From positions 10,875 to 74,874 of the forward strand of contig CACNYO010000002.1 in assembly GCA_902624765.1 (NCBI GenBank): a stretch of DNA of 64,000 bases. Reading direction: 5' to 3'. A program made the position numbers and the translations under genes. Under the pieces are notes generated by a model that was not told the DNA's origin, did not search any database, and was given only the letters and a program-made list of their open reading frames with translations. Position 1 is the first letter of the stretch. Every line of letters starts with the position of its first letter. This stretch comes from an uncultured SAR86 cluster bacterium (GTDB taxonomy: Bacteria; Pseudomonadota; Gammaproteobacteria; Magnimaribacterales; AG-339-G14). Below, piece by piece: positions 9,013-19,430 of this stretch.

Positions 9013-9657
9013 TCAATCAGCAAAGAAAGATTCTCTTTCACGCAAAGTTAAACTCTCTTGTATAAGTTCATTTTCTAACATCCTTTCTACATATTCATGC
9101 ATATTCTTTGTTGATTTATTATTAGGAATGTCTACTCCTAGAAATTTCAGTCTGATCAAAATAGGTATGATTGTTGCATCTAAGACAGAAAATTCTTCAC
9201 TTCGAAAGTATTCAGAGCCATCAAAAAGCATCATTGAATTAGTAATGTTTTTTTTGAGCTCCTTTCTTGAGGAGTTCTTTTTTGCTGTTGTAGATGATGC
9301 ATCTTCTAAAATATCCACATGTGTAGTCCACTCTTCTTCAATTCTATGAAGAATTAATCTTGTTTGAGCTCTAGCCACAGGATAAACAGGAAGCAAAGGG
9401 GGGTGAGGAAATCTTTCATCTAAATATTCAACGATTAGTTGGGACTTATATAAAGCTAGCTCTCTGTCTATAAGTAAGGGAAGAAAACCTTTTGGATTGA
9501 CTTCCAAAATTTCTTTTGGGAGGTTTTCAGGATCAAGAGGCTCAAGATCAGCAGTGATCCCTTTTTCTGACAACACTATTCTCACTTTGTGACTTTGATG
9601 TCCTATTTCATTATGAAATAAGACCATAGATGATCTTTTGCCTAGTAAACTTGTCAT
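9013..9657 (-). CDS. sspA: Stringent starvation protein A
   Basis: SHKVRIVLSEKG, EYLDERFPHPPLLPVYPVARA; follows petC. Confidence 0.95.
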   Translation of the reverse strand: MTSLLGKRSSMVLFHNEIGHQSHKVRIVLSEKGITADLEPLDPENLPKEILEVNPKGFLPLLIDRELALYKSQLIVEYLDERFPHPPLLPVYPVARAQTRLILHRIEEEWTTHVDILEDASSTTAKKNSSRKELKKNITNSMMLFDGSEYFRSEEFSVLDATIIPILIRLKFLGVDIPNNKSTKNMHEYVERMLENELIQESLTLRERESFFAD

Positions 9658-9666
9658 TTTATAAAT

Positions 9667-10329
9667 CTATTTTAAGTCTTTTTTGAACTCTCTATAAACG
9701 AGATAAGCAAAAGCAGTAAAAATTAAAAGAAAAAGAATAACATAAATGCCAAGTTGTTTTCTCGTTTCAGCAGATGGATCTGAAACATAAGTGAGGAAGT
9801 TTGTTATGTCAGCAATATATCTATCGTATTCCTCCACTGATAATTCTGATTGAATATCTTCTAAGACATGTGGCATAGATACATTTACATAAACTTTATT
9901 GTTAACCCCATAAGGTCTAGAGGAATCCTCATAGAAAGTGTCAAGATAAGTATAGATCCACTCAGGAGATCTCAATCTTGCTTCTAATGTCAAATCTGGA
10001 GGTTTGGCACCCAAAAGCTCAATAGCTTTGGATTCCTGAAGGCTTATGTGCATCAAGTCACCTATTTTAGAACCATCAAATATCAAATTTTGCTCATAAA
10101 TATCGAGGGGAATTGCAAGATCTTCAGCAACCCTTTTATATCGAGAGTACTTGAGAGAGTGGCATCCGTAACAATAGTTCATATATGCGGATAGGCCTCT
10201 TTGAAGTGATTCTTTATCCTTTGTATCAGGACTGAATTCATAACATTCAATAGATCCACATTTATACTCTCCTGCTGTAAAAGAGAGCCCTGAGAAAAAT
10301 GCAAATGATAGAAAGACTAAAAGTCTCAT
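9667..10329 (-). CDS. petC: Cytochrome c1
   Basis: Signal peptide, SLQRG, CYGCH heme motif, PPDLTL, SMPHVL, C-terminal TM. ATG 10329 overlaps the petB stop. Confidence 0.95.
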   Translation of the reverse strand: MRLLVFLSFAFFSGLSFTAGEYKCGSIECYEFSPDTKDKESLQRGLSAYMNYCYGCHSLKYSRYKRVAEDLAIPLDIYEQNLIFDGSKIGDLMHISLQESKAIELLGAKPPDLTLEARLRSPEWIYTYLDTFYEDSSRPYGVNNKVYVNVSMPHVLEDIQSELSVEEYDRYIADITNFLTYVSDPSAETRKQLGIYVILFLLIFTAFAYLVYREFKKDLK

Positions 10330-11579
10330 GCGTCGGCTACTCTCTCTGGAACGGGCTTGCATTTCTCTAGCCTGGTATAAATAGGCATCAAAAGAAAATA
10401 AGAGAAATAACCAACAGTAAAGATTTTTGAAAGAAGTGCTTTTATTTCTGTTGGTGGCACCATGCCAAGATAGCAGAGAGCAAAAAAACTTACTACGAAG
10501 ATTCCTAGGAAGATCTTACTTAAAATCCCTTTATATTTAATCGATTTTACTGGGCTTCTATCTAACCATGGAAGAACAGCAAAGATGGCAACTGCTGCCA
10601 TCATGGTGGCAAATCCAAGAAACTTCGCAGTAAGTCCGAACAGTGGAAAATCTACTGCTCTCAACATGGCGTAAAAGGGTGTGTAGTACCAGGATGGCAC
10701 AATATGAGCAGGAGTGGATAAGGGATTAGCTGGCTCATAATTAACATACTCAATGATATAACCTCCTCCTGTTGGAAAAAAGAAAACAACCGAACAGAAA
10801 ATTATTAGAAACACACCAAGTGCAAAAATATCGTGGCTTATGTCATAAGGAAAAAATGGTTTTGTATCTAAGGGGACTCCATCTTCGTCAAGGTGTTTTT
10901 TCACATCAATTCCATCGGGATTATTTGAACCAATTTCATGAAGGGCAAGAATGTGGAAGAAAACAATTGCAATAAGTAAAATTGGAAGGAGTACAACATG
11001 AAATGCAAAAAGTCTTGAGAGAGTAATTCCGGATACCAAGTAATCGCCTCTAATCCATGTTGCCAAATCTTCTCCAACGACAGGGATCGAACTGAATAAT
11101 GAAATGATGACTTGAGCAGCCCAAAAAGACATTTGTCCCCAAGGCAAAACATATCCAGTAAAACCCTCTGCCATAAGAATTAAGTAAGTAAACCATCCTC
11201 CTAGCCAAATTAATTCCCTTGGTTTTTGATATGACCCGTACATCATACCTCTAAACATGTGCAGGTAAATTAATGCAAAAAATGCTGAAGCCCCTGCAGC
11301 ATGCATGTATCGGATTAACCATCCATATTCCACATCTCTCATAATGTATTCAACTGAAGAGAAAGCTTCTTCAGCTGAGTTTGTATAATTCATCATTAAC
11401 CACAAACCAGTAACGATTTGCATGGCTAGAACAACAATAAGAAGAAATCCAAAAAGGTACCAAATATTTAAATTAGTTGGTGCAGGATATTTGGATAGAT
11501 GCCTCTCGAATACTTCAGTTAAGGGAAATCTAAAATCTACCCATCCGAGAAATTTTTTAGCTCTTGTTTCAGTTGTCAT
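10326..11579 (-). CDS. petB: Cytochrome b
   Basis: [30 protein letters not shown] (PEWY-equivalent). Confidence 0.98.
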   Translation of the reverse strand: MTTETRAKKFLGWVDFRFPLTEVFERHLSKYPAPTNLNIWYLFGFLLIVVLAMQIVTGLWLMMNYTNSAEEAFSSVEYIMRDVEYGWLIRYMHAAGASAFFALIYLHMFRGMMYGSYQKPRELIWLGGWFTYLILMAEGFTGYVLPWGQMSFWAAQVIISLFSSIPVVGEDLATWIRGDYLVSGITLSRLFAFHVVLLPILLIAIVFFHILALHEIGSNNPDGIDVKKHLDEDGVPLDTKPFFPYDISHDIFALGVFLIIFCSVVFFFPTGGGYIIEYVNYEPANPLSTPAHIVPSWYYTPFYAMLRAVDFPLFGLTAKFLGFATMMAAVAIFAVLPWLDRSPVKSIKYKGILSKIFLGIFVVSFFALCYLGMVPPTEIKALLSKIFTVGYFSYFLLMPIYTRLEKCKPVPERVADA

Positions 11580-12172
11580 TAACTCGCTCCATCAGATCCG
11601 ATTACTAAAGTAGAATCAGACTCAAAATAATGAGGTGGGACTTCAAGGTTAGTTGGCGCAGGTACATTGGCATAAACTCTTCCTGCTAGATCAAACTTTG
11701 ATCCATGACATGGACAAAAGAATCCACCCTGCCAATTTGGATCAAAATCTTGAGTGGAAGCATCTGGATAAAACTTTGGGGCACACCCTAAATGAGTACA
11801 AACACCCTTTAAAACTGCAATCCCTTTTTTTCTAGACCTAGTATCGTTTTGCGCATAATCAGGTTGTTGTTGTTGTGCAGAATTAGGGTCTGCTAACTTG
11901 GATTTGTCGGAAGATAATACATTTTGAGCTTCATTTGAAACTTTGTAGACAAATACCGGCATTCCTCTCCATTCCACCGTCATCAATTCTCCCTGCGCAA
12001 GATTGCTTATATTTACTTTAACGGGAGCCCCTGCAGCCTCAGCTCTGGCACTTGGCTTAAATGCACTTAAAAATGGAATTGCTGCAAACACTACACCTAC
12101 GAATCCTAGCAAGGAAGTTATTGAAGTTAGCAGTTGTCGTCGTATTGGATTCGGAGGAGATTTTGGCTGCAT
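11579..12172 (-). CDS. petA: Rieske iron-sulfur subunit
   Basis: Tat-like RRQLL, CTHLGC and CPCHGS motifs. Confidence 0.98.
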   Translation of the reverse strand: MQPKSPPNPIRRQLLTSITSLLGFVGVVFAAIPFLSAFKPSARAEAAGAPVKVNISNLAQGELMTVEWRGMPVFVYKVSNEAQNVLSSDKSKLADPNSAQQQQPDYAQNDTRSRKKGIAVLKGVCTHLGCAPKFYPDASTQDFDPNWQGGFFCPCHGSKFDLAGRVYANVPAPTNLEVPPHYFESDSTLVIGSDGAS

Positions 12173-12177
12173 AGAGT

Positions 12178-12570
12178 TTATCTTTTGCTGAACTGCGGAG
12201 CTTTTCTAGCTTTCCTTAAACCTACCTTTTTTCTTTCAACTTTTCTTGAATCTCTTGTAAGAAAACCGGCTTCTTTCAGGACAGGCTTTAGAGATTCATC
12301 AAACTTTACAAGAGCCCTTGAAAGGCCATGTCTTATTGCTCCTGCTTGGCCAAAATAACCGCCCCCAGAAACATAAATTTTTAAATCAAATTTGCCTACC
12401 ATATCAACAAGTTCAATTGGTTGTTTGACTAATATTCTAGCTACTTCTCTTCCGAAATATTCTTCTAATGGTAGATCGTTAACTAATATGGAACCCTCAC
12501 CAGAACTTAGATAGACTCTTGCTGTAGAGGTTTTCCTTCTGCCGGTCGAGTAATGCTTATTTTCGCTCAT
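12178..12570 (-). CDS. rpsI: 30S ribosomal protein S9
   Basis: [26 protein letters not shown] terminus. Confidence 0.99.
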   Translation of the reverse strand: MSENKHYSTGRRKTSTARVYLSSGEGSILVNDLPLEEYFGREVARILVKQPIELVDMVGKFDLKIYVSGGGYFGQAGAIRHGLSRALVKFDESLKPVLKEAGFLTRDSRKVERKKVGLRKARKAPQFSKR

Positions 12571-12572
12571 TT

Positions 12573-13001
12573 TCAAATTTCTTGTTTCACGGGGTTTTGA
12601 GCACTGTGAGGATGAGTTTCGCCTTTGTAAACTTTTAGTTTTTTAATTACAGATTTTGAAAGTTTATTTTTCGGTAACATACCTTTAACTGCTGAGGTAA
12701 TAATTCTATCTGGATAAGAGGTTATCAAATCATTGAAGTTTTTAGACTTTATTCCACCAGGATAACCTGAATGTCTATAGTACGTTTTTTGTTCGTTTTT
12801 ATTTCCAGTAACTTTTATTTTTTCAGCATTAATTACAACGACGTAGTCACCAACATCATTATGAGGAGTATACTCAGGCTTATTTTTTCCCATTAAAATC
12901 TTAGCGATATAAGTACTTAATCGTCCTAAAGTCTTATCAGATGCGTCTACCAATAACCAACTCTTTTCTAAGGAATCTAATTTGTATGATTTTGTATTCA
13001 T
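12573..13001 (-). CDS. rplM: 50S ribosomal protein L13
   Basis: [36 protein letters not shown]. Confidence 0.99.
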   Translation of the reverse strand: MNTKSYKLDSLEKSWLLVDASDKTLGRLSTYIAKILMGKNKPEYTPHNDVGDYVVVINAEKIKVTGNKNEQKTYYRHSGYPGGIKSKNFNDLITSYPDRIITSAVKGMLPKNKLSKSVIKKLKVYKGETHPHSAQNPVKQEI

Positions 13002-13069
13002 AATTAACACACAGAGCGCGTGAATGATACATTAGAGAGGTTATAATTTACAACTCTGAAAATTAAAAA

Positions 13070-13846
13070 ATGCGCTATTTCATAACCTTATCTATATGGA
13101 TATTATTAGGAACCTTAGCAGGTTATGGATTTCTAAACTTTATAGGATTAGACGAGAAAAATGATTATTCCACTAAAGTTTTTAACTTCGAAAAATCTGC
13201 ATCATCTGTTGTGAATATTTGGAGCCTGCGTCGCTGGAGAGAATGGCAAGAAAAAACTCCTTCATTTGGACTTAGAAGATGGAAACAAGTCATCAAAACC
13301 GGTTTTTTCCCAGATGGATCTGGGGTTATTTTTGATCGTGATGGTCATATAATCACCAATCTGCATGTCTTAAACAATTCAATTAAATTGAAACAAAAAC
13401 TTCTGATTGAGCTTTATGATGGGTCAAATCACGAAGTGGAAATTTTAGGTATAGATAGGGACAATGATTTGGCAGTATTAAAATTAGTTGAGAAAACTGC
13501 TGAGATCACTCCAATCCAGCGAAAAAGGAGAATAGATGATATCAACATTGGTGAGACTGTTTATGCTATCGGCAACCCGCAAGGACTTGGCCAATCAGTT
13601 AGTATGGGAATAATTTCAGCAATCGGAAGAAAGTTTATCGATAAAGAAGGCTCATTCATACAAACAGATGCTTCAATTAATCCAGGTAATTCAGGCGGAG
13701 CATTAGTTGATTCAAGAGGAAATTTATTGGGCATCATAAATTTCATAGAATCAACAACAGGCGGAAACCAAGGTTTAAATTTCGCAATTCCAATTGATGT
13801 TGTATCAGATAGTTATTCCGAAATGCTAAAGAAAACAAAAAGATGA
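13070..13846 (+). CDS. DegS/AlgW-like trypsin-family serine protease without PDZ domain
   Basis: N-terminal TM; triad motifs TNLHV, DLAVL, QTDASINPGNSGG; ends shortly after FAIP. Confidence 0.85.
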   Translation: MRYFITLSIWILLGTLAGYGFLNFIGLDEKNDYSTKVFNFEKSASSVVNIWSLRRWREWQEKTPSFGLRRWKQVIKTGFFPDGSGVIFDRDGHIITNLHVLNNSIKLKQKLLIELYDGSNHEVEILGIDRDNDLAVLKLVEKTAEITPIQRKRRIDDINIGETVYAIGNPQGLGQSVSMGIISAIGRKFIDKEGSFIQTDASINPGNSGGALVDSRGNLLGIINFIESTTGGNQGLNFAIPIDVVSDSYSEMLKKTKR

Positions 13847-15136
13847 CTAATTATTTCTTTCTTTGAGTGCATTAGCATGCTCCAAAAGACCTTCGTTCTC
13901 AGCAATATTAATGGAATTATCAAGAAGAGCTTTGTATCCATTTTTTTTATATGAGTTTTTTGAAGCAACCATGAAAGAAGTTTTTACATAAAAGTCATTC
14001 AATGAGACCTGTGAACTAAATCTTCCTTGGCCTCCTGTAGGTATTACATGAGATGGTCCCGCACAATAATCCCCCATTACAGCTGATGACTCTGTTCCGA
14101 TAAATACGGCACCAGCTCGAATTTCTGGTAACTGATTAAGATTAATATTATCAATTAGAATTTCTAAATGTTCAGGGATGATGCAATTTGAAATTGAAAT
14201 AGCATCCTTCAATGAAGAAGCATCAATTGTGCAACAATTTTTTAAAGCACTATTTATAATTTTTGTTCTCTTTGATTTAGATAGATTTCTTTTCAATGAT
14301 TCATTAAAAAGATTCAAATCAAAACCTGGTAAATGTATTAAAAAGCATCTTGAGTCCTCACCATGCTCAGCTTGTGCTAAAAAATCCTTCACTGCATATT
14401 CAACGGATGAATTTTCATCCACAATAATTGCAACTTCTGATGGGCCATTAAGCGAATCAATTCCTACCTCGCCATAAAGCTGTCTTTTTGCCTCAGATAC
14501 ATAGCTATTTCCTGGCCCAAATATTTTATCGACACTTTTGATACTTTGAGTCCCATATGCAACAGCGGCTAATGTGTGTGCCCCACCAGCATTTATCACC
14601 CTTTTTGCTCCAACTAGATGAGAAGCAGCAAACATAAGATTCAAGTCATTTATTTTCCCAGGGAACATGACTGTTATATCTTCAACTCTTGCTAACTTAG
14701 CTAATACACCTGTCATCAGAACCGAGGAAGGATACTGTGCTTTACCTCCAGGAGCGTAAAGACCTACTTTCTCAATTGGTCTCATAAAGTAACCGTATTT
14801 TTCTACCGAGTCATCTTCAAACTCATCAAATAATTGAATATCTTTATTATGAAATTTTTCTATTCTTTCAGCCATGTAAACTAAGGTATCCCTATTGCTG
14901 ACATTCAAAGAATTAAACTTATCTTCGAGAAAATTTTGATCAAACAAAACTTCTTTAATTGATGTTAGCTCTTTCTCTTCATATTTATTTATGCATGAAA
15001 GTAAAGATTCATCTCCATTGTCTTTGACTTCCCGAATTATTTTTCTTACAGAGTCCTCAATACCGTCTGATTTACGAAGGTTTTTTTCTTTCATTAAGTA
15101 ATTTTCCAAAGATGAACTTTCGAGATTTTTAATCAT
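13847..15136 (-). CDS. hisD: Histidinol dehydrogenase
   Basis: GLYAPGG, YPSSVLM, GPGN, GPSEV, AQAEH, PEHLE, GDYCAGPSHVIPT. Confidence 0.96.
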   Translation of the reverse strand: MIKNLESSSLENYLMKEKNLRKSDGIEDSVRKIIREVKDNGDESLLSCINKYEEKELTSIKEVLFDQNFLEDKFNSLNVSNRDTLVYMAERIEKFHNKDIQLFDEFEDDSVEKYGYFMRPIEKVGLYAPGGKAQYPSSVLMTGVLAKLARVEDITVMFPGKINDLNLMFAASHLVGAKRVINAGGAHTLAAVAYGTQSIKSVDKIFGPGNSYVSEAKRQLYGEVGIDSLNGPSEVAIIVDENSSVEYAVKDFLAQAEHGEDSRCFLIHLPGFDLNLFNESLKRNLSKSKRTKIINSALKNCCTIDASSLKDAISISNCIIPEHLEILIDNINLNQLPEIRAGAVFIGTESSAVMGDYCAGPSHVIPTGGQGRFSSQVSLNDFYVKTSFMVASKNSYKKNGYKALLDNSINIAENEGLLEHANALKERNN

Positions 15137-15734
15137 TTTGAATCCTTTGGAGAAATTTTTTAATTTCTTTATTTTTTGTTCTAAATTTTGATTTATTTAC
15201 AATAAGTCTGGTTGATATCTCCTTTAAAACTTTAATTTCTCTCAATCCATTTTCTTTTAGGGTGTTACCTGTATTCACAAGATCAACAATGTAATCAGAT
15301 ATTCCTAGGATAGGAGCTATTTCGATAGACCCCTTTAACTCGATTATTTCTGCATCTATAAAATTTTCTGATAAATATTTATTTGTTTCTTTGGGGAATT
15401 TTGAAGCTATTGTAGAGCCAGCCAATTCGCCTACTTTCTTTTCCTTGGAAGCTAAAGACAATCTACATTTTCCAATGTCCAAATCTAAAACTTCAAAAAA
15501 ATTTTCCTCTTCCGTCTCCAAAAGAACATCTTTTCCAACAATTCCTATATCTACTGCTCCGTAACTTACAAACTTTGGAATATCCCAACCTCGAAGAATT
15601 GAAAATTGAATATTTTTTTCTGATGAACCAAAAATTAACTTTCTTTTATCCTCTTTTAAATCAATTCCTGAGAACTTCAGCAATTGTCTTATTTCCTTAT
15701 AGATTCTACCTTTAGGTAACCCAATCAATATCAT
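15129..15734 (-). CDS. hisG: ATP phosphoribosyltransferase, short (HisZ-dependent) form
   Basis: [39 protein letters not shown]; 201 aa with no regulatory C-domain. Confidence 0.95.
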   Translation of the reverse strand: MILIGLPKGRIYKEIRQLLKFSGIDLKEDKRKLIFGSSEKNIQFSILRGWDIPKFVSYGAVDIGIVGKDVLLETEEENFFEVLDLDIGKCRLSLASKEKKVGELAGSTIASKFPKETNKYLSENFIDAEIIELKGSIEIAPILGISDYIVDLVNTGNTLKENGLREIKVLKEISTRLIVNKSKFRTKNKEIKKFLQRIQND

Positions 15735-16996
15735 GCTGAGATCCTTTCTATTTTTGCTCCCAAAAGCTTAAGTTTTTCTTCAATTCTCTCGTAGCCTCTA
15801 TCAATATGGTAGATCCTATCAACTAGAGTTTCACCTGTGGCAACAAGACCTGCCAGTACCAGACTAGCTGAAGCTCTTAAATCTGTTGCCATTACAGGAG
15901 CTGCTTTTAATCTTCTACCTTTTCCTTTTATGAAAGCTGTATTACCTCTCAGTTCTATATCTCCTCCCATTCTGATAAGTTCATTTACGTGCATGAATCT
16001 ATTTTCAAAAACAGTTTCAGTCACAGTTGCAGAGCCATTTGAAATAGAATTAAGTGCTATGAATTGTGCTTGCATATCTGTAGGAAATGAAGGAAAAGGC
16101 GCTGTGCTTAAAGAAGTTGATTTTGGCACGTCCTCTTTCATTCTTAAGTTAATTTCATTGTCTCCACAAGTTATGTCTGCACCAGCTTCTTCAAGTTTCG
16201 TTATAACTGCTCCTAAAGAATTTGGTTGACAATTTCTTACGGTAATTTCTCCTCCTGTCATTGTTGTGGCAACAAGATATGTAGCGGTCTCGATTCTATC
16301 GGGCATAATAGAGAAAGAAGTTCCATGAAGTTGTTTTACCCCTTGAATAATGAGCTCATCAGAACCAATTCCGGAAATTTGTGCCCCGCAATCATTTAAA
16401 AAATTTGCCAAATCAGAAACCTCTGGCTCCCTTGCGCAATTTTTTAAAGTTGTTGTTCCATCTGCCAAACAAGCGGCCATAAGAGCATTTTCAGTTGCGG
16501 TTACGCTTACTATCTCAAAGTAAAATTCACAACCCTTCAACCTGCCATTAGACTTTGCCTCTATGTATCCATCTTTAATAAAAATTTGTGCACCCATTTT
16601 TTTCATAATATCGATATGAAGGTTAACTGGTCGGCTCCCAATGGCGCATCCGCCTGGAAGAGCTACTTTAGCGTATCCATTTTTTGCTAAAAGCGGTCCC
16701 AAAACTAATACAGATGCCCTCATTGTTTTTACTAATTCATATCTTGCTCCAACATCATTCAAACCGGAAGGATCTAATTCTACTTCCATGTCCTCAGATA
16801 AGGTCATATCAACACCCATAGATCCAAGTAATTCGAGCATTGTTGTAACATCATTCAAATGAGGAATATTTTTTATGATTATAGTGTCATCAATGAGTAT
16901 AGAAGCAGCTAAGATTGGCAATGCAGAATTTTTTGCTCCAGATGATGTTATGAAGCCATTAAGCTGAAAACCGCCCTCGACAACCAATTTATCCAT
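15731..16996 (-). CDS. murA: UDP-GlcNAc enolpyruvyl transferase
   Basis: [41 protein letters not shown]. Confidence 0.99.
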   Translation of the reverse strand: MDKLVVEGGFQLNGFITSSGAKNSALPILAASILIDDTIIIKNIPHLNDVTTMLELLGSMGVDMTLSEDMEVELDPSGLNDVGARYELVKTMRASVLVLGPLLAKNGYAKVALPGGCAIGSRPVNLHIDIMKKMGAQIFIKDGYIEAKSNGRLKGCEFYFEIVSVTATENALMAACLADGTTTLKNCAREPEVSDLANFLNDCGAQISGIGSDELIIQGVKQLHGTSFSIMPDRIETATYLVATTMTGGEITVRNCQPNSLGAVITKLEEAGADITCGDNEINLRMKEDVPKSTSLSTAPFPSFPTDMQAQFIALNSISNGSATVTETVFENRFMHVNELIRMGGDIELRGNTAFIKGKGRRLKAAPVMATDLRASASLVLAGLVATGETLVDRIYHIDRGYERIEEKLKLLGAKIERISA

Positions 16997-17701
16997 TTAA
17001 GAATTCTGCCTGATATCTGAAATTTCCCAACTATCTATTACTTTATCTAAGTCTCGTCCGAATGCTTCTCTAGCATTTTGTAAAAGTATTTCATTTTCTC
17101 CATCAAGAGCAGTAGATAAAACAGAAGAAGAAACTTCAAGATTATTTTCTTTAGCTAGTGATGAGAATTGAGTCTTAAAAATAGAAACAATGTTAACCCC
17201 ACTAAAAATTATATTGATAACCCCCCACTTATCATTCTTTCTTATCATTTGATAAGTAAGTTCATAAGAATCTTCGCCTGAAGTAATTCTTACTCTCACA
17301 ATTGCAGCATTAGGCCTATCTTTTGGATGAGCATGACCAATCACTTCGATCTTTTGATCCTCCAAATTGCTTAAAGCACCAGAGTAAGTTTTAAAGAAAG
17401 TCTCTTTAAATTTATCATTAAATCTTTTTCTTTGTTCTTTAGATGCAATAGTGAAATACTTTTTACCCATAACCCGTTTTGATATTTCGCTAACAGAAAT
17501 AAGCCCTGAAAATTCCTTTTCAATAAGATCAATGCGGTTGTTTTTTCTTAACATATCAGCGTTTTCTTTTAAGAATTCGAATATTTTTTCGTGCTGACTG
17601 TTGACATAACCTTCTAATTCATCGTCAGCAAATGCAGGATGATTAAAAAAGATTAAAGCAATTAATATAAAATTAAATTTTGAAGCAAATTTCTTTATCA
17701 T
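16997..17701 (-). CDS. mlaC: Periplasmic phospholipid-binding protein MlaC/Ttg2D-like
   Basis: Signal peptide; ISKRVMGKKY, ASKEQRKRF, WGVINIIFSGVNI...FKTQF, DLDKVIDSW; position next to murA. Confidence 0.8.
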   Translation of the reverse strand: MIKKFASKFNFILIALIFFNHPAFADDELEGYVNSQHEKIFEFLKENADMLRKNNRIDLIEKEFSGLISVSEISKRVMGKKYFTIASKEQRKRFNDKFKETFFKTYSGALSNLEDQKIEVIGHAHPKDRPNAAIVRVRITSGEDSYELTYQMIRKNDKWGVINIIFSGVNIVSIFKTQFSSLAKENNLEVSSSVLSTALDGENEILLQNAREAFGRDLDKVIDSWEISDIRQNS

Positions 17702-17745
17702 GGGATGTAAGTTTACTATATGTTCTTAACTGAAATTTAAAAATA

Positions 17746-18714
17746 ATGACTGCAGATAACTATTACATTCATGCTAAAAAAACTTTTAAAGATGAGATCT
17801 CATCAATAAATACCTCTTTAGATAATTTGTCTAAAAAGGATTTCAATTTAATTTGTAATCATATAAAAAATCTCAAAGGTAAATTGGTTTTAATGGGTGT
17901 AGGAAAGTCAGGCCATATTGCTGCAAAAATTTCATCTACTTTATCAAGTACTGGTACGCCCTCTTTTTTTATAAATCCATCAGAAGCTAGTCATGGTGAT
18001 CTAGGAGCTATTTCTAGGAATGATGGAATTTTAATAATTTCTAATTCTGGTGAAACAGATGAGATAGTTTTGATACTAAGCGGTCTTGAGAAAAAGACAA
18101 AAAACATCTTTTCTATTACTGGAAATAAAGAATCCTCTATAGCCAGTAAATCTATAATCCATTTAGAAGCAAAAGTTGATAAAGAGGCTTGCCCAAATAA
18201 TTTAGCGCCAACAACAAGCACATCATTTATGCTCATGCTGGGAGATGCTATATCAATTGCATTATTGAAAAATAATAAGTTCAGCCCAAAAGAATTTGCA
18301 GATAATCATCCTGGCGGAAAATTAGGTAAAAGATTTCTCCTTACAAGTGATTTAATGATTGATATAAAAAAAATACCAACTGTAAGAGAAAATACTTCTA
18401 TCTTAGAGGCAATTAAAGTTATAACAAAGTTTGGCTTAGGCTTTTGTTTGGTAAAAAATACACAGGAAGACATTAATGCAATATTCACTGATGGAGACTT
18501 GAGAAGAACTCTCAATAAAAAAATTGATATCAGAAATGTATCAATATCAAAGGTAATGACAAAATCATATAAAAGTATTCCACACAATAAGAATGCCTAT
18601 TTAGCAAGAGAGATTATGTCCAAAAATAAGATTTACAGCTTGGTCGTAAAAAATCAAAAAAAAGTTGTAGGCGTCATTAGAATGCATGAGCTTAATGGAT
18701 CCAGAGTTTTTTGA
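17746..18714 (+). CDS. kdsD: Arabinose-5-phosphate isomerase (SIS + CBS)
   Basis: GVGKSGH, EASHGDLG, SNSGET, EACPNNLAPTTST, HPGGKLG, FTDGDLRR. Confidence 0.96.
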   Translation: MTADNYYIHAKKTFKDEISSINTSLDNLSKKDFNLICNHIKNLKGKLVLMGVGKSGHIAAKISSTLSSTGTPSFFINPSEASHGDLGAISRNDGILIISNSGETDEIVLILSGLEKKTKNIFSITGNKESSIASKSIIHLEAKVDKEACPNNLAPTTSTSFMLMLGDAISIALLKNNKFSPKEFADNHPGGKLGKRFLLTSDLMIDIKKIPTVRENTSILEAIKVITKFGLGFCLVKNTQEDINAIFTDGDLRRTLNKKIDIRNVSISKVMTKSYKSIPHNKNAYLAREIMSKNKIYSLVVKNQKKVVGVIRMHELNGSRVF

Positions 18715-19430
18715 TGGGTTGGCGTTTAATAGTTTATTGTGTTCTCGCCATATCGCTGACAGTCTCATTTCTTTTTGTAACCATTGAAAATGAATCGTTT
18801 TCTTCAAAACAAAGCAATTCTTCAATATTCAATGCTAAAGAAATAGAAATCAAGTCTTCTTCAAAGAATAAAGAAATTTTTTATACTATTGAAAGCGAAA
18901 TGATTAATGCTCTTTCTAATTCAAAAAACTTGTCAATCTTCAAACCTAATATTGAAATAAATAATAAAAATAGCTATTCATTAAAGTTATCTGCAAATAG
19001 AGGTGATTTTTTCTTTGAAAGAAATCAATTTGATTTATCAGAGAAGATCAATGTGGATATCTATAAAGATAAAGAAAAGATTAAACTTTTTGCAGAAAAT
19101 GTTTTTATAGACATTGATAAGGAATATTTGAGTTCAAAAAATTTGAAAGTAAATCACAAAGATATTACCTTTCTGGGCAGGGAAGTTTCCTTATCAGATA
19201 ATTTAATATCCATATATGGCACTCCAATAAGCTTTGCAAAAAATGATAATTTTGAAGGCTACTCCAATGAAATTAAAATAGACCTAAAGAAGAATCTTTT
19301 ATATCTTTCTGGTGCATCAAATATCTTGATTGATGGCAAAAATATTTCTGGCGAAAATATTATCTTTGACTATAAAAACAATAGTATTTTAAATTCTGAA
19401 AATTTGAGAATCAAAAGTGGAAACTCTTGA
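18714..19430 (+). CDS. LPS transport beta-jellyroll protein, apparent LptC-LptA hybrid
   Basis: The only gene between kdsD and lptB. N-terminal TM and LptC-like LKLSANRG segment; C-terminal GTPISF...LLYLSG...ISGENIIFD is LptA-like. Confidence 0.65.
   Translation: MGWRLIVYCVLAISLTVSFLFVTIENESFSSKQSNSSIFNAKEIEIKSSSKNKEIFYTIESEMINALSNSKNLSIFKPNIEINNKNSYSLKLSANRGDFFFERNQFDLSEKINVDIYKDKEKIKLFAENVFIDIDKEYLSSKNLKVNHKDITFLGREVSLSDNLISIYGTPISFAKNDNFEGYSNEIKIDLKKNLLYLSGASNILIDGKNISGENIIFDYKNNSILNSENLRIKSGNS

Noticed and set aside
12173-12178. petABC directly downstream of ribosomal protein genes
   Set aside because: rplM-rpsI-petABC-sspA is a known conserved arrangement in Pseudomonas-like gammaproteobacteria.
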